A DNA stretch of 64,000 nucleotides from Alphaproteobacteria bacterium (GCA_965261735.1 OZ253470.1:3840001-3904000), one strand, 5' to 3'. Positions 1 to 11,751 are shown, numbered from the stretch's first letter. Notes: generated from the sequence alone by a model not told the origin. A program made the numbers and translations.

Positions 1-2
1 TC

Positions 3-758
3 TGGAAGGGCGGGCCGGTCAAGGGCCTGACCGAGGGCCTGACCGGCTCGGGGGGGCGCAACAACAGGGGTCGGATGACGCTGCGGCACCGTGGCGGCGG
101 CCACAAGCGGGCTTACCGCAAGGTCGACTTCAAGCGCACGAAGTTCGACGTGCCCGGTACCGTCGAGCGGATCGAGTACGATCCCAACCGGACCGCTTTC
201 ATCGCCCTCGTCCGCTACGAGGATGGGACGCAAGCCTACCTCCTCGCGCCGCAGCGCCTGCAGGCGGGCGATACCGTGATCGCCGGCGAGCGCGTCGACA
301 TCAAGCTCGGTAACGCCATGCCGATGAAGAGCATTCCCGTCGGAACGATCATTCACAACATCGAAATGAAAGCCGGAAAGGGCGGCCAGATTGCGCGCTC
401 CGCCGGCACCTATGCCCAGCTCGTCGGCAAGGATGCGGGCTACGCCCTGCTGCGGCTCTCCTCGGGCGAGCAGCGCATGGTCCGTGCGGAAGGCATGGCC
501 ACCATTGGCGCGATCTCCAACCCGGACCACCAGAACATCAAGCTCGGCAAGGCCGGGCGCAACCGCTGGCTCGGCAAGCGTCCGTCGGTACGCGGCGTTG
601 CCATGAACCCGGTGGACCACCCGCATGGTGGCGGCGAGGGTCGAACCTCGGGTGGACGCCATCCCGTCACGCCGTGGGGGAAATCCACCAAGGGCAAGCC
701 GACCCGGGGCAAGAAGGCCAGCGACAAGTACATCCTTCGGCGCAGGACGCGGAAGTAG
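3..758 (+). CDS. rplB: 50S ribosomal protein L2 (5' end outside window)
   Basis: [33 protein letters not shown] motifs; frame open from base 3. Confidence 0.98.
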   Translation, partial: WKGGPVKGLTEGLTGSGGRNNRGRMTLRHRGGGHKRAYRKVDFKRTKFDVPGTVERIEYDPNRTAFIALVRYEDGTQAYLLAPQRLQAGDTVIAGERVDIKLGNAMPMKSIPVGTIIHNIEMKAGKGGQIARSAGTYAQLVGKDAGYALLRLSSGEQRMVRAEGMATIGAISNPDHQNIKLGKAGRNRWLGKRPSVRGVAMNPVDHPHGGGEGRTSGGRHPVTPWGKSTKGKPTRGKKASDKYILRRRTRK

Positions 759-772
759 GGGGCGCGGCGGTC

Positions 773-1051
773 ATGGCGCGATCGGTATGGAAGGGGCCGT
801 TTGTCGACGGCTATATCCTCAAGAAGGCGGAGGCCGCGCGCAATGCGGGGCGCAAGGACGTGATCAAGATCTGGTCGCGCCGCTCGACGATCCTGCCGCA
901 GTTCGTCGGCCTCACCTTCGGCGTCTACAATGGCCGCCGTTTCGTGCCGGTCCTGGTGACCGAGAGCATGGTCGGGCACAAGTTCGGCGAGTTTTCGCCG
1001 ACCCGCACCTTCCATGGCCACTCCGGCGACAAGAGGGCGAGGCGAGCCTGA
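773..1051 (+). CDS. rpsS: 30S ribosomal protein S19
   Basis: [12 protein letters not shown]...WSRRSTILP...[11 protein letters not shown]. Confidence 0.98.
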   Translation: MARSVWKGPFVDGYILKKAEAARNAGRKDVIKIWSRRSTILPQFVGLTFGVYNGRRFVPVLVTESMVGHKFGEFSPTRTFHGHSGDKRARRA

Positions 1052-1431
1052 TGGGCAAGTCGGCCTTCCCGCGCGTGCTGACCGAGACCGAGGCCAAGGC
1101 GGTCGGGCACTCGATTCGTATCGGCGCGCGCAAGCTCAACCTCGTCGCCGGGCTCATTCGCGGCAAGCACGTGAACAAGGCGCTGGCCGAGCTCACCTTC
1201 TCCAAGCGGCGCATCGCCCAGGACGTCAAGAAGGTGCTCCAGTCCGCGATCGCGAACGCCGAGAACAACCATCAGCTCGATGTCGATCGGCTGTTCGTCG
1301 CCGAGGCGAGCGTCGGCAATTCCCTGGTCATGAAGCGCTTTCGCCCGCGCGCCCGGGGCCGGGTCGGGCGCATCGAAAAGCCCTACAGCCATCTCACCGT
1401 CGTCGTACGCGAACGCGAGGAGCCCGCCTGA
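1051..1431 (+). CDS. rplV: 50S ribosomal protein L22
   Basis: [19 protein letters not shown]; TGATG overlap with rpsS. Confidence 0.98.
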   Translation: MGKSAFPRVLTETEAKAVGHSIRIGARKLNLVAGLIRGKHVNKALAELTFSKRRIAQDVKKVLQSAIANAENNHQLDVDRLFVAEASVGNSLVMKRFRPRARGRVGRIEKPYSHLTVVVREREEPA

Positions 1432-2111
1432 TGGGTCAGAAAGTCAATCCCGTGGGCCTGCGCCTCGGGATCAACCGAACCTGGGATTCGCGCTGGTTCG
1501 CGACCGCCGACGAATACAGCGATCTGTTGCACGAGGATCTCGCGATCCGCCGCTACCTCCACGATCGGTTGAGCCAGGCCGGCGTCAGTCGGGTGGTGAT
1601 CGAGCGCCCCGCCAAGAAGGCGCGGGTGACCATCCATACCGCGCGGCCGGGCGTCGTCATCGGCAAGAAGGGCGCCGACATCGAGCGCCTGCGAGTCGAC
1701 CTCGCCAGGATGACCAACAGCGAGGTCCACCTCAACATCATCGAAATCCGCAAGCCCGAGATCAATGCTCGGCTGGTGGCGGAAAACATCGCCCAGCAGT
1801 TGCAGCGCCGGGTCGCCTTTCGGCGCGCGATGAAGCGGGCGGTGCAGTCGGCGATGCGCTTGGGCGCGCTTGGCATCCGCATCAACTGCGCGGGGCGCCT
1901 CGGCGGGGCCGAGATCGCGCGCGCCGAATGGTATCGCGAGGGGCGGGTGCCGCTGCACACGCTGCGGGCCGACATCGACTACGGTGAGATCACGGCGCGC
2001 ACCGCGTACGGGACCTGCGGCGTCAAGGTGTGGGTGTTCAAGGGCGAGATCATGGCCCACGATCCCATGGCCCAGGACAAGAAGATCGCCGAACAGCAGG
2101 TTGGGCGTTGA
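1431..2111 (+). CDS. rpsC: 30S ribosomal protein S3
   Basis: [38 protein letters not shown]. Confidence 0.98.
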   Translation: MGQKVNPVGLRLGINRTWDSRWFATADEYSDLLHEDLAIRRYLHDRLSQAGVSRVVIERPAKKARVTIHTARPGVVIGKKGADIERLRVDLARMTNSEVHLNIIEIRKPEINARLVAENIAQQLQRRVAFRRAMKRAVQSAMRLGALGIRINCAGRLGGAEIARAEWYREGRVPLHTLRADIDYGEITARTAYGTCGVKVWVFKGEIMAHDPMAQDKKIAEQQVGR

Positions 2112-2126
2112 GGTCGGAGAGCGAAC

Positions 2127-2546
2127 GTGCTGAGCCCCAAACGCACCAAGTTCCGCAAGGCCCACAAGGGTCGTGTGCACGGCGCCGCCAAGGGCGCGAC
2201 GACGCTCAATTTCGGCGCCTATGGCATGAAGGCGGTCGACCCCGGTCGCATCACGGCGCGCCAGATCGAGGCGTGCCGACGCGCCATCACGCGCCACTGC
2301 AAGCGCGCCGGGCGGGTGTGGATCCGCGTCTTCCCCGACGTGCCGGTGAGCCAGAAACCGACCGAGGTGCGCATGGGCAAAGGCAAGGGCACGCCCGAAT
2401 TCTGGATGTGCCGCATCAAGCCCGGCCGCATCCTGTTCGAGCTCGATGGCGTGCCTCGGGCCCTGGCACGCGAGGCCTTCGACCTCGGCTCCGCCAAGCT
2501 GCCGATCGGCACGCGCTACGTGACGCGCCTCGGCGAGGAGGTCTAG
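2127..2546 (+). CDS. rplP: 50S ribosomal protein L16
   Basis: GTG start; [15 protein letters not shown]. Confidence 0.98.
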   Translation: MLSPKRTKFRKAHKGRVHGAAKGATTLNFGAYGMKAVDPGRITARQIEACRRAITRHCKRAGRVWIRVFPDVPVSQKPTEVRMGKGKGTPEFWMCRIKPGRILFELDGVPRALAREAFDLGSAKLPIGTRYVTRLGEEV

Positions 2547-2548
2547 AG

Positions 2549-2749
2549 GTGAAGGCCGAGGACCTCAAGGGCGCGAGCCTCGACAACCTGACGGACCAGG
2601 TGATGGACCTGAAGAAGGAGGCCTTCAACCTGCGCTTTCAGCGCGCCAGCGGCCAGCTCGAGAACACCGCCCGCATGCGCCAGGTGCGGCGCGACATCGC
2701 CCGCATCAAAACCGCGCTGCGCCAGCGCCAGAAGAGAGTGGGGACCTAG
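2549..2749 (+). CDS. rpmC: 50S ribosomal protein L29
   Basis: GTG start; [14 protein letters not shown]...RRDIARIKT. Confidence 0.96.
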   Translation: MKAEDLKGASLDNLTDQVMDLKKEAFNLRFQRASGQLENTARMRQVRRDIARIKTALRQRQKRVGT

Positions 2750-2754
2750 CTGCG

Positions 2755-2994
2755 ATGCCGAGGCGAATCGTACAGGGCGTGGTCACGAGTGCCGCCGGCG
2801 ACAAGACGGTCGTCGTGCGCGTCGAACGGCGCGTGATGCACCCGATCTACAAAAAGATCATCCGCCGCTCCAGCAAGCTGCACGCGCACGATGCGGCGAA
2901 CCGCTTGAAGACCGGCGACACGGTGCGCATTCGCGAGTGCCGCCCGATCTCGAAGCTGAAACGGTGGGAAGTGATCGACGGCGAGGCATCATGA
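2755..2994 (+). CDS. rpsQ: 30S ribosomal protein S17
   Basis: [30 protein letters not shown]. Confidence 0.98.
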   Translation: MPRRIVQGVVTSAAGDKTVVVRVERRVMHPIYKKIIRRSSKLHAHDAANRLKTGDTVRIRECRPISKLKRWEVIDGEAS

Positions 2995-3041
2995 TGGCAC
3001 GCGTCCGCAAGCCCGCCGCGCCAGCGAGTCGGGCCCGATGA
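2991..3041 (+). other. Putative 16-aa bridging mini-ORF ([16 protein letters not shown]) between rpsQ and rplN
   Basis: ATGA overlap with the rpsQ stop and ATGA overlap with the rplN start; spans the whole spacer; translation unproven. Confidence 0.4.
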
Positions 3042-3406
3042 TTCAGGTCGAAACCAGGCTCGAGGTGGCCGACAACTCCGGCGCGCGCAAGGTCGAGTGC
3101 ATCAAGGTGCTCGGCGGTTCCAAGCGCAGGAGCGCCACCGTCGGCGACATCATCGTGGTCACGGTGAAAGAGGCGATTCCGCGAGGGCGCGTAAGCAAGG
3201 GCGACATTCACCGCGCCGTCGTCGTGCGCACGGCCAAGGAGATTCGGCGCGCCGACGGTAGCGCCATCCGCTTCGATCGCAATGCGGCCGTCCTCATCAC
3301 GCCCCAAGGCGAGCCTATCGGCACCCGCATCTTCGGCCCCGTGACGCGCGAGCTGAGGGCGCGCCAGCACATGAAGATCGTTTCGCTGGCGCCGGAGGTG
3401 CTGTGA
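3038..3406 (+). CDS. rplN: 50S ribosomal protein L14
   Basis: MIQ...[22 protein letters not shown]. Confidence 0.98.
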   Translation: MIQVETRLEVADNSGARKVECIKVLGGSKRRSATVGDIIVVTVKEAIPRGRVSKGDIHRAVVVRTAKEIRRADGSAIRFDRNAAVLITPQGEPIGTRIFGPVTRELRARQHMKIVSLAPEVL

Positions 3407-3726
3407 TGGCGGCGCGCGTGCGTAAGGGTGACGAAGTCATCGTCGTCACGGGCAGGGACAAGGGACGCAAGGGCAGCGTCCTGCGCGTTCGGGTCAAGGA
3501 GGGTCGCGCGCTGGTGCAGGGTGTCAACATGGTCAAGCGCCACACCAAGCCGAGCGCGGCGGCCGGGCGCGGCGGCGTCATCGAGAAGGAGGCGCCGATT
3601 CACCTCTCGAACCTCGCGCTTATCGACCCCAAGACGGGGCAGGCCACGCGCGTCGGCTTCAAGTTTCTGGCCGACGGGCGCAAAGTGCGGTACGCGCGGC
3701 GCTCGGGCGAGGTGATCGACCTGTGA
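3406..3726 (+). CDS. rplX: 50S ribosomal protein L24
   Basis: [17 protein letters not shown] motif, EAPIHLSN. Confidence 0.98.
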   Translation: MAARVRKGDEVIVVTGRDKGRKGSVLRVRVKEGRALVQGVNMVKRHTKPSAAAGRGGVIEKEAPIHLSNLALIDPKTGQATRVGFKFLADGRKVRYARRSGEVIDL

Positions 3727-3733
3727 GGGCAGC

Positions 3734-4276
3734 ATGAAAATCCGCATGCGCGAGCACTACGAGGCGACGGTCAAGCCGGCGATGCACGCCAAGTTCGCCT
3801 ATGGCAACCCGATGCAGGTGCCCCGGCTCGAGAAGATCGTCCTCAACATGGGCATCGGCGAGGCCTCGCGCGACGGCAAGAAGATGGTCGCGGCGGTGGC
3901 CGATCTGACGGCCATTTCGGGCCAGAAGCCGATCGTCACCAAGGCGACCAAGTCGATCGCGGCGTACAAACTGCGCGCCGGCATGGACGTGGGCTGCAAG
4001 GTGACGCTGAGGGGCGATCACATGTATGAGTTTCTCGACCGCCTGATCACCATCGCCCTACCCCGGGTGCGTGATTTTCGCGGGCTATCGGGACGCAGCT
4101 TCGATGGGCGCGGCAACTATGCCCTGGGCTTGCGCGAACAGATCGTTTTCCCGGAGATCGACTACGACAAGGTCGACGAGATCCGAGGCCTCGACGTGGT
4201 CATCGCGACGACGGCCCACAATGACGAAGAGGGACGCGAGCTGCTTTCTGCCTTCGGCTTGCCGTTTACCCGCTGA
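3734..4276 (+). CDS. rplE: 50S ribosomal protein L5
   Basis: [30 protein letters not shown]. Confidence 0.98.
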   Translation: MKIRMREHYEATVKPAMHAKFAYGNPMQVPRLEKIVLNMGIGEASRDGKKMVAAVADLTAISGQKPIVTKATKSIAAYKLRAGMDVGCKVTLRGDHMYEFLDRLITIALPRVRDFRGLSGRSFDGRGNYALGLREQIVFPEIDYDKVDEIRGLDVVIATTAHNDEEGRELLSAFGLPFTR

Positions 4277-4313
4277 CGCGGGAGCCGATCGCTGGATGCA
4301 GGAGAGGAGCTAA

Positions 4314-4619
4314 ATGGCCAAGAAAAGCGCGGTGGAAAAGAACGCCCGGCGAGCGCGCCTGGCGGCACGCTGGGGGCCGCGGCGGGCCCGCCTCAAGGCG
4401 ATCGCCAATGATGCCTCGCAGCCGCAGGAGGAGCGCTTCGCGGCGCGCCTCAAGCTCGCCGAGCTGCCGCGCAACGCATCGCCCGTGCGCGTGCGCAACC
4501 GCTGTCGCATCACTGGCCGTCCGCGCGGATTTTACCGCAGGCTCAAGATGTCGCGGATCGCCCTGCGACAACTCGCCTCGGCCGGCCAGATACCCGGCAT
4601 GACTAAGTCGAGCTGGTAG
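4314..4619 (+). CDS. rpsN: 30S ribosomal protein S14 (101-aa non-zinc type)
   Basis: [28 protein letters not shown]. Confidence 0.98.
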   Translation: MAKKSAVEKNARRARLAARWGPRRARLKAIANDASQPQEERFAARLKLAELPRNASPVRVRNRCRITGRPRGFYRRLKMSRIALRQLASAGQIPGMTKSSW

Positions 4620-4629
4620 GGGGCGGCCC

Positions 4630-5028
4630 ATGACCATGTCCGATCCGCTCGGCGATATGCTGACGCGCATACGCAACGGCCAAAAGGCCGGGCTTACGAC
4701 GGTCGCGACGCCGGCCTCCAAGCTGCGCGCCAACGTTCTCGACGTGCTCCGTCAGGAGGGTTACATCCGCGGCTACGAGCGTCGCGAGGTGGGGCCCGGG
4801 AAGTCCGAGCTCGTCATCGAGCTCAAGTACCACGAAGGGGCGCCGGTGATCCGCACGATAGGGCGCGTGTCGCGGCCGGGCCGGCGCGTCTATTCGGCGA
4901 TCAAGAGCCTGCCCCGGATCCAGAGCGGCCTCGGTATCGCCATTTTATCGACGCCGAAAGGGGTCATGTCGGATGGCGAGGCGCGCGCCGCCAAGGTCGG
5001 TGGCGAAGTGCTGTGCAACGTGGTGTAG
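4630..5028 (+). CDS. rpsH: 30S ribosomal protein S8
   Basis: [26 protein letters not shown]. Confidence 0.98.
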   Translation: MTMSDPLGDMLTRIRNGQKAGLTTVATPASKLRANVLDVLRQEGYIRGYERREVGPGKSELVIELKYHEGAPVIRTIGRVSRPGRRVYSAIKSLPRIQSGLGIAILSTPKGVMSDGEARAAKVGGEVLCNVV

Positions 5029-5038
5029 GGGAGTAGAG

Positions 5039-5572
5039 GTGTCGCGCATCGGATCGCAGCCGGTCACCATCCCGGACGGCGTCAAGGTCGAACTTTCGGG
5101 CCGCGACGTCGCCGTGAGCGGCAAGCTCGGCGCGCTCGACATGGTGCTGGTCGAGGAGGTCGGTGCCGCGCTCGAGGAGTCTCGTGTCGTCGTGACGCCG
5201 CGCGACGACAGCCGGCGTGCGCGCGCCATGTGGGGCATGCAGCGCACGCTGCTCAACAACATGGTGACCGGCGTCTCGCAGGGCTTCAAGATCGAGCTCG
5301 ACATCGTCGGCGTCGGCTATCGTGCCGCGGTCGAGGGCGCTGAGCTCACCCTCCAGCTCGGCTACAGCCACCCGGTCCACTACCCGATCCCGGACGGCAT
5401 CAGCATCAGCTGCGCGCGCCCGACGAGAATCGCGATCGAGGGTATCGACAAGCAGAGGGTCGGGCAGGTCGCGGCCGTTATTCGCGCATTTCGCAAGCCC
5501 GAGCCCTACAAGGGCAAGGGCATACGCTACGCCGACGAAATCGTTCACCGCAAGGAAGGCAAGAAGAAGTAG
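5039..5572 (+). CDS. rplF: 50S ribosomal protein L6
   Basis: GTG start SRIG; [17 protein letters not shown]. Confidence 0.98.
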   Translation: MSRIGSQPVTIPDGVKVELSGRDVAVSGKLGALDMVLVEEVGAALEESRVVVTPRDDSRRARAMWGMQRTLLNNMVTGVSQGFKIELDIVGVGYRAAVEGAELTLQLGYSHPVHYPIPDGISISCARPTRIAIEGIDKQRVGQVAAVIRAFRKPEPYKGKGIRYADEIVHRKEGKKK

Positions 5573-5579
5573 GTCCGCC

Positions 5580-5951
5580 ATGGCGAGCGCCAACAAAGGC
5601 AATCGTGTGACCGAACAGCGCAAGGCGAGGGTGCGCCATCGGCTGCGCAAGCACGCCCACGGGCTGCCGCGGCTCTCGGTGTTTCGGTCGCACCAGCACA
5701 TCTATGCCCAGGTCATCGACGACGGGCAGGGGGTCACGCTGGCTGCCGCATCGAGCCTCGAGAAGGAGATGCGCGAGAACCTCGCCAAGGGCGGCGACAA
5801 AGCCGCGGCCGGGGCGGTCGGGAAGAAGATTGCCGAGCGCGCGCAGGCGGCCGGTGTCAGCGCCGTGGTCTTCGACCGCGGCGGCTATCTGTTTCACGGT
5901 CGAGTGAAAAGCCTCGCCGATGCCGCCCGCGAAGGCGGGCTGAAGTTTTAG
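5580..5951 (+). CDS. rplR: 50S ribosomal protein L18
   Basis: [22 protein letters not shown]. Confidence 0.98.
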   Translation: MASANKGNRVTEQRKARVRHRLRKHAHGLPRLSVFRSHQHIYAQVIDDGQGVTLAAASSLEKEMRENLAKGGDKAAAGAVGKKIAERAQAAGVSAVVFDRGGYLFHGRVKSLADAAREGGLKF

Positions 5952-5968
5952 CCTGGTTGGAGTCTTAA

Positions 5969-6514
5969 ATGGCGCGTAGCTACGGACAAGATCGAGGCGA
6001 CGGCGACCTGGTGGACAAGCTGGTTAGCATCAACCGCGTCGCCAAGGTGGTGAAGGGCGGCCGGCGCTTCGGCTTTGCCGCGCTCGTGGTCGTTGGTGAT
6101 CAGAAGGGCCGGGTCGGTCACGGCAGCGGCAAGGCGCGCGAAGTACCGGAGGCGATCCGCAAGGCGACGGAGGCAGCCAAGCGTCGCCTGATCCGGGTGC
6201 CGCTCCGTGAGGGGCGCACGCTGCATCACGACCTCGTCGGTAAGTTCGGCGCTGGAAAGGTGATCCTGCGCGCCGCCCCGCCCGGTACGGGCATCATCGC
6301 CGGCGGGCCGATGCGCGCCGTGTTCGAGACGCTCGGGGTACAGGACGTGGTGACCAAGTCGGTCGGCAGCGCCAACCCCTACAACATGGTCAAGGCCACG
6401 TTCCGCGCGCTCGAGGCCATGATGTCGCCGCGCTCGGTGGCCGCCCGGCGGGGCAAGAAAGTCGGCGATATCCTCGGCCGTGGCGCGACCGAGCAGGCGG
6501 CGAGCGAGGAGTAG
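5969..6514 (+). CDS. rpsE: 30S ribosomal protein S5
   Basis: [21 protein letters not shown]. Confidence 0.98.
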   Translation: MARSYGQDRGDGDLVDKLVSINRVAKVVKGGRRFGFAALVVVGDQKGRVGHGSGKAREVPEAIRKATEAAKRRLIRVPLREGRTLHHDLVGKFGAGKVILRAAPPGTGIIAGGPMRAVFETLGVQDVVTKSVGSANPYNMVKATFRALEAMMSPRSVAARRGKKVGDILGRGATEQAASEE

Positions 6515-6518
6515 AGCC

Positions 6519-6716
6519 ATGGCCGCCGGCGACGCAGCGAAGATCCGCGTCACCCAGATCGGCAGCCCCTCGGGGCGGCCCAAGGACCAGCGCGCCACGC
6601 TGATCGGCCTCGGGCTGAACAAGCTGCACCGCACGCGCGAGCTGGAAGACACCCCGGCCGTGCGTGGCATGGTGGCCAAGGTGAGCCACCTGGTGCGCAT
6701 CGAAACCGAGGAGTGA
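6519..6716 (+). CDS. rpmD: 50S ribosomal protein L30
   Basis: [17 protein letters not shown]. Confidence 0.96.
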   Translation: MAAGDAAKIRVTQIGSPSGRPKDQRATLIGLGLNKLHRTRELEDTPAVRGMVAKVSHLVRIETEE

Positions 6717-6756
6717 GGCCCATGGCCGGCCGCGAGACCACGCGAGGGAAAACCTG

Positions 6757-7284
6757 ATGGAGCTCAATCGCCTCGCCGACAACCCCGGTGCCCGGCGCCG
6801 GGCGATGCGCGTCGGCCGTGGTATCGGGTCGGGCAAGGGCAAGACCGCCGGCCGGGGCCACAAGGGCCAGAATTCGCGCTCCGGTGTCGCCAGCAAGGGC
6901 TACGAGGGCGGCCAGATGCCGCTCGCCCGGCGCCTGCCCAAGCGTGGCTTCAAGAACATCAACAGGAAGGTGCCCGACATCGTCAATCTGGGCCGCCTGC
7001 AGACGGCGATCGATCGCGGCAAGATTGATTCGCATACGCCGGTGACGATCCCCATATTGCGGGGGGCCGGTTTGGTGGGTCGCGCACGCGACGGCGTGCG
7101 ATTGCTCGCCAAGGGCGAGCTGACGGCCAAGCTTCAGATTGAGGTGACCGGTGCTTCACAGGCCGCCATCGCCGCGGTGGAGAAGGCCGGCGGCAGTGTG
7201 AGCGTTGCGGTGCCGGCCAAGGCGGCCGGCAAGAGTGCCGGGAAGGAAGCCAGCGGACCGGAGGAGGCCGGCGCGCCGGCCTAG
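6757..7284 (+). CDS. rplO: 50S ribosomal protein L15
   Basis: [35 protein letters not shown]. Confidence 0.98.
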   Translation: MELNRLADNPGARRRAMRVGRGIGSGKGKTAGRGHKGQNSRSGVASKGYEGGQMPLARRLPKRGFKNINRKVPDIVNLGRLQTAIDRGKIDSHTPVTIPILRGAGLVGRARDGVRLLAKGELTAKLQIEVTGASQAAIAAVEKAGGSVSVAVPAKAAGKSAGKEASGPEEAGAPA

Positions 7285-7296
7285 CGGGAAACAGGG

Positions 7297-8640
7297 ATGC
7301 CATCCGCCGCCGAACAACTCGTCGCCAATCTCAACTTTGGTGCGCTCAGCAAGGCCACCGAGCTGAAGAAGCGTATCTGGTTCACGCTCGGCATCCTGGT
7401 CATCTACCGCCTCGGCACCTACATCCCCATCCCCGGCATCGATCCGACCGTTCTCGCCGAGGTGTTCCGCCAACAGCAGGGTGGCATCCTCGGCATGTTC
7501 GACATGTTCGCGGGCGGTGCGCTGAGCCGGATGACGATCTTCGCCCTCAATGTCCTGCCCTATATCTCGGCGTCGATCATCGTCCAGCTCCTGACCACGG
7601 TCTCGCCCCACCTCGAACAGCTCAAGAAGGAAGGCGAGCAGGGGCGAAAAAAGATCAATCAATACACGCGCTACGGGACCGTGCTCCTGGCGACGGTGCA
7701 GGGCTACGGGCTCGCGGTCGGGCTCGAGAACATGACCGGGTCATCGGGCAGCGCGGTCCTCGATCCCGGCCTCTTCTTCCGCCTCACGACCGTGGCGACG
7801 ATCACCGGCGGCGTCATCTTCCTGATGTGGCTCGGCGAGCAGATCACCGCGCGCGGCATCGGCAACGGCATCTCGCTCATCATTTTCGCCGGCATCGTCG
7901 CCAATCTGCCGGCGGCCCTGGCCAATACCCTTGAGCTCGGCCGTACCGGGGCGCTGCAGGCATGGTTCATCATGTTCCTGATCGCCATGGTTGTAGCCGT
8001 CATCGCCTTCATCGTGTTCATCGAGCGTGCCCAGCGACGGGTCGTCGTTCAGTACCCCAAGCGCCAGGTGGGCGCGCGCATGTTCGGCGGCGAGAGCTCG
8101 CATCTGCCGCTCAAGCTCAATACGGCCGGCGTCATTCCGCCGATCTTTGCCTCCTCGCTGCTGCTTCTGCCGATCACGATGGCCAGCTTCTCCGCGAGCC
8201 AGGGGCCCGATTGGCTGCTCTCGGTGACGGCGCTGCTGGGCCGCGGCCAGCCGCTCTATCTGCTGCTGTACGTGTCCTTCATCGTCTTCTTCTGCTTCTT
8301 CTACACCGCGGTGGTGTTCAACCCCGCCGACACCGCGGACAACCTGAAGAAGTATGGCGGCTTCATTCCGGGTATCCGGCCCGGCAACAACACGGCGGAG
8401 TTCCTCGACCACCTGCTGACCCGGCTGACGACGGTCGGCGCTCTCTACCTGTCCGCGGTCTGCGTCCTGCCGGAAATCCTGATCTCGCAATACGCGGTGC
8501 CGTTCTATTTCGGCGGGACCTCGCTTCTAATCGTCGTCAACGTGAGCACCGACACCGTCAATCAGGTGCAGTCGCACCTACTCGCGCACCAGTATGAGGG
8601 GTTGATCAAGAAGGCGAAGCTCAAGGGGCGCGGGCGTTGA
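7297..8640 (+). CDS. secY: Preprotein translocase SecY
   Basis: PYISASII, GIGNGISLIIF, FIPGIRPG, FGGTSLLI; multiple TM segments. Confidence 0.98.
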   Translation: MPSAAEQLVANLNFGALSKATELKKRIWFTLGILVIYRLGTYIPIPGIDPTVLAEVFRQQQGGILGMFDMFAGGALSRMTIFALNVLPYISASIIVQLLTTVSPHLEQLKKEGEQGRKKINQYTRYGTVLLATVQGYGLAVGLENMTGSSGSAVLDPGLFFRLTTVATITGGVIFLMWLGEQITARGIGNGISLIIFAGIVANLPAALANTLELGRTGALQAWFIMFLIAMVVAVIAFIVFIERAQRRVVVQYPKRQVGARMFGGESSHLPLKLNTAGVIPPIFASSLLLLPITMASFSASQGPDWLLSVTALLGRGQPLYLLLYVSFIVFFCFFYTAVVFNPADTADNLKKYGGFIPGIRPGNNTAEFLDHLLTRLTTVGALYLSAVCVLPEILISQYAVPFYFGGTSLLIVVNVSTDTVNQVQSHLLAHQYEGLIKKAKLKGRGR

Positions 8641-9356
8641 TCCTGATCCTTCTTGGGCCGCCGGGCGCCGGCAAGGGTACCCAGGCGCAGCGCATCGAGG
8701 AGAAGTTCGGCCTCATCGCGCTGGCGACGGGTGACATGCTGCGCGAGGCGGTGGCCGCGGGCACCCCGGTAGGGCGAAAGGCCAAGGCGGTGATCGATGC
8801 TGGCGGGTTGGTGCCGGACGACGTCATCATGGCGCTGCTCTCCGAGCGTCTCGACGGCATTGGCGAGCAGCGCGGCGTCATCTTCGACGGCGTGCCGCGC
8901 ACCGCCACCCAGGCCGAGACGCTGGATGAGATCCTGGCCGCGCACCAGCGCCGTGTCGACGGCGTGATCGAGATACGGGTGAACGAGGCCCTGCTCGTTG
9001 AGCGCATCGTCGGTCGCTTCACGTGCGTGGCTTGCGGGGCCAGCTACCACGATAGCTTCAAGCAACCGGCGGTTGCCGGGGTTTGCGACCGGTGTGGCTC
9101 GACCGAATTCTCTCGGCGCTCCGACGACACGGCCGAGACCGTCAAGGCGCGCCTCGCCGCCTACAACGCGGAAACGGCGCCATTGCTCGCCTACTACCGC
9201 GAACGCGGCTTCGTGTGGACGGTCGACGGCGCCGCCGCCTTCGAAGAGGTGGCGCGCCAGATCGAGGATGTGCTGGCGGGAGTGGAAGCAGTTGACTTCG
9301 CGCCCCGCAATCCCAATAATTGCGCGCCCCCGGGCGCCGTCTCGGCCGATCGCTGA
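8637..9356 (+). CDS. adk: Adenylate kinase, long zinc-type LID
   Basis: TTG start; GPPGAGKGTQ P-loop, DGVPRT, CxxC...CxxC lid. Confidence 0.96.
   Translation: MILILLGPPGAGKGTQAQRIEEKFGLIALATGDMLREAVAAGTPVGRKAKAVIDAGGLVPDDVIMALLSERLDGIGEQRGVIFDGVPRTATQAETLDEILAAHQRRVDGVIEIRVNEALLVERIVGRFTCVACGASYHDSFKQPAVAGVCDRCGSTEFSRRSDDTAETVKARLAAYNAETAPLLAYYRERGFVWTVDGAAAFEEVARQIEDVLAGVEAVDFAPRNPNNCAPPGAVSADR
9292..9320 (+). promoter_or_regulatory. Putative sigma70 promoter of the rpsM-rpsK-rpoA-rplQ operon
   Basis: TTGACT-17 bp-AATAAT, about 70 bp upstream of rpsM, inside the adk 3' end. Confidence 0.6.
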
Positions 9357-9389
9357 GGCGTTAGAGCTAGCTGACAAGGAGAATCAGAC

Positions 9390-9764
9390 GTGGCGCGGAT
9401 TTCCGGCGTCAACATCCCCGACAATAAGCGGGTCGAGATCGCCCTGACCTATATATTTGGGGTCGGTCGGACGCGCGCGCGCCTCATCTGTACCCAGCTC
9501 GGCCTGCCGGCCGAGCGCAGGGTGAATCAGCTGACCGACACGGAACTGATCCAGATTCGCGAGGTCATCGAACGAAACTTCTCGGTCGAGGGCGATCTTC
9601 GCCGCGAGGTTGCGATGAATATCAAGCGGCTGCTCGATCTCGGCTGCTATCGCGGGTTGCGGCACCGCCGCGGTCTGCCGGTGCGGGGACAGCGCACCCA
9701 CACCAACGCCCGCAGCCGCAAGGGGCCAGCGCGGCCCATTGCCGGCAAGCGTAAGGCGAGCTGA
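9390..9764 (+). CDS. rpsM: 30S ribosomal protein S13
   Basis: [31 protein letters not shown]. Confidence 0.98.
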   Translation: MARISGVNIPDNKRVEIALTYIFGVGRTRARLICTQLGLPAERRVNQLTDTELIQIREVIERNFSVEGDLRREVAMNIKRLLDLGCYRGLRHRRGLPVRGQRTHTNARSRKGPARPIAGKRKAS

Positions 9765-9765
9765 T

Positions 9766-10155
9766 ATGGCGCGCGAAGCCCAACGCATCCGCCGCCGCGA
9801 GCGTAAGAACATCACCTCGGGCGTGGCCCACGTCAGCGCGACGTTCAACAACACCATGATTACCATCGCCGACGCCCAGGGTAATACCATCGCTTGGTCG
9901 TCGGCCGGGCAGAGGGGCTTCAAGGGGTCGCGCAAATCGACGCCCTACGCCGCGCAGATGGCCGGCGAGGCGGCCGGCCGTAAGGCGCAGGAACATGGCA
10001 TGAAGACGCTTGAGGTACAGGTCAAGGGGCCGGGGTCGGGACGCGAATCGGCGCTCCGCGCGTTGCAGGCGGTGGGCTTCGTGATCACCTCCATCCGAGA
10101 TGTCTCGGCCATCCCTCACAACGGATGCAGGCCGCCGAAACGCCGGCGCGTTTGA
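9766..10155 (+). CDS. rpsK: 30S ribosomal protein S11
   Basis: [31 protein letters not shown]. Confidence 0.98.
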   Translation: MAREAQRIRRRERKNITSGVAHVSATFNNTMITIADAQGNTIAWSSAGQRGFKGSRKSTPYAAQMAGEAAGRKAQEHGMKTLEVQVKGPGSGRESALRALQAVGFVITSIRDVSAIPHNGCRPPKRRRV

Positions 10156-10264
10156 GGCGACCGCAGGTGCCTCTTTCCGCTGCCGCCACGCGGTACACGC
10201 GGGTACGACTGATCCAGCACGAGTGGCGGCGCACTCTCATGCCGCCAGAAGCGAGGTTTAACAC

Positions 10265-11281
10265 GTGATTCAAAAGAATTGGCAAGAGCTGATAAAGCCT
10301 AACAAGCTTGTCGTCGAGACGGGTGAAGACCCCACGCGCAGCGCCAACCTGGTGGCCGAACCGCTCGAGCGCGGCTTCGGGATGACGCTGGGCAATTCGC
10401 TGCGCCGGGTGCTGCTGTCGTCGCTTCAAGGCTCAGCCGTCACCTCACTCCACATCGACAGCGTTCTGCATGAGTTTTCCTCGATCCCCGGCGTCCGCGA
10501 GGACGTCACCGACGTCGTCCTCAACGTCAAGGCGCTGGCGCTGAACATGCATGGCGAGGGGCCCAAGCGCATGACGCTGAAGGCCGAAGGCCCGGGCGAG
10601 GTCACCGCGGCCCAGATTAGCGCCGGCCATGATATCGACATCATGAATCCGGGGCTGGTGATCTGCACGCTCGACGACGGCGCCAGTATCAGCATGGAAA
10701 TGACAGTCGAGATCGGCAAGGGCTACGTACCGGCCGAGCGCAACCGACCCGACGATGCGCCGATCGGCCTGATCCCGGTGGACGCGATCTACAGTCCGGT
10801 CAAGCGCGTCTCCTACAAGGTCGAGAATACGCGCGAAGGTCAGATCCTCGACTACGACAAGCTGACGATGCAGGTCGAAACCAACGGCGCCCTCACGCCC
10901 GAGAACGCGGTCGCTTACGCCGCGCGCATCCTCCAGGACCAGCTCCAGCGCTTCATCAACTTCGAGGAACCGGCCATCGAGGAACGCGAGGCCCGCCCCT
11001 TGGAACCCGAGTTCAATCGCAACCTGCTGCGCAAGGTTGACGAACTCGAGCTGTCTGTGCGCTCGGCGAACTGCCTTAAGAACGACAACATCGTCTATAT
11101 CGGCGACCTCATTCAGAAGACCGAGGCGGAAATGCTGCGCACGCCGAATTTCGGTCGCAAGTCGCTGAACGAGATCAAGGAAGTGCTCACGACGATGGGC
11201 CTCCACCTCGGCATGGAAGTGCCGAACTGGCCACCCGAGAATATCGAGGAGCTGGCGAAGCGCCTCGATGAGCCGTACTAG
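10265..11281 (+). CDS. rpoA: RNA polymerase alpha subunit
   Basis: [39 protein letters not shown]. Confidence 0.98.
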   Translation: MIQKNWQELIKPNKLVVETGEDPTRSANLVAEPLERGFGMTLGNSLRRVLLSSLQGSAVTSLHIDSVLHEFSSIPGVREDVTDVVLNVKALALNMHGEGPKRMTLKAEGPGEVTAAQISAGHDIDIMNPGLVICTLDDGASISMEMTVEIGKGYVPAERNRPDDAPIGLIPVDAIYSPVKRVSYKVENTREGQILDYDKLTMQVETNGALTPENAVAYAARILQDQLQRFINFEEPAIEEREARPLEPEFNRNLLRKVDELELSVRSANCLKNDNIVYIGDLIQKTEAEMLRTPNFGRKSLNEIKEVLTTMGLHLGMEVPNWPPENIEELAKRLDEPY

Positions 11282-11322
11282 GCGGCCCGGGAAACCATCG
11301 CGCTCGTAAACGGGGAAGAAAC

Positions 11323-11751
11323 ATGCGCCACCGTCGCAGCGGCCGCAGGCTCGGTCGCAGCAGCGCCCACCGCAAGGCCATGTTCGCCAATCTCGCGGCG
11401 GCACTGATCAAGCACGAGCAGATCAGCACGACGCTGGCGAAGGCGAAGGACCTGCGGCGGATCGTGGACCGCTTGATCACCCTCGGCAAGCGCGGCGACC
11501 TCCACGCCCGGCGCCAGGTGCTTTCGTTTCTCGGCGACCGAAAGCTCGCGGAAAAGCTCATTGCGGCGCTGGGGCCACGCTACGCCGAGCGGCAGGGCGG
11601 CTACACGCGCGTGATCCGCGCCGGCTTTCGCTACGGCGACGCGGCGCCGATGGCCGTCATCGAGCTCGTCGATCGAGACCCCGAGGCCAAGGGCCAGGAT
11701 TCGGGGCCCATGCCTGGCGAGGCCGAGGAAGAAGCCGAGGCCGCGGCCTAG
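11323..11751 (+). CDS. rplQ: 50S ribosomal protein L17
   Basis: [27 protein letters not shown]. Confidence 0.98.
   Translation: MRHRRSGRRLGRSSAHRKAMFANLAAALIKHEQISTTLAKAKDLRRIVDRLITLGKRGDLHARRQVLSFLGDRKLAEKLIAALGPRYAERQGGYTRVIRAGFRYGDAAPMAVIELVDRDPEAKGQDSGPMPGEAEEEAEAAA

Noticed and set aside
8640-10265. No rpmJ, infA, map or rpsD in the spc/alpha cluster
   Set aside because: Normal arrangement for Alphaproteobacteria.
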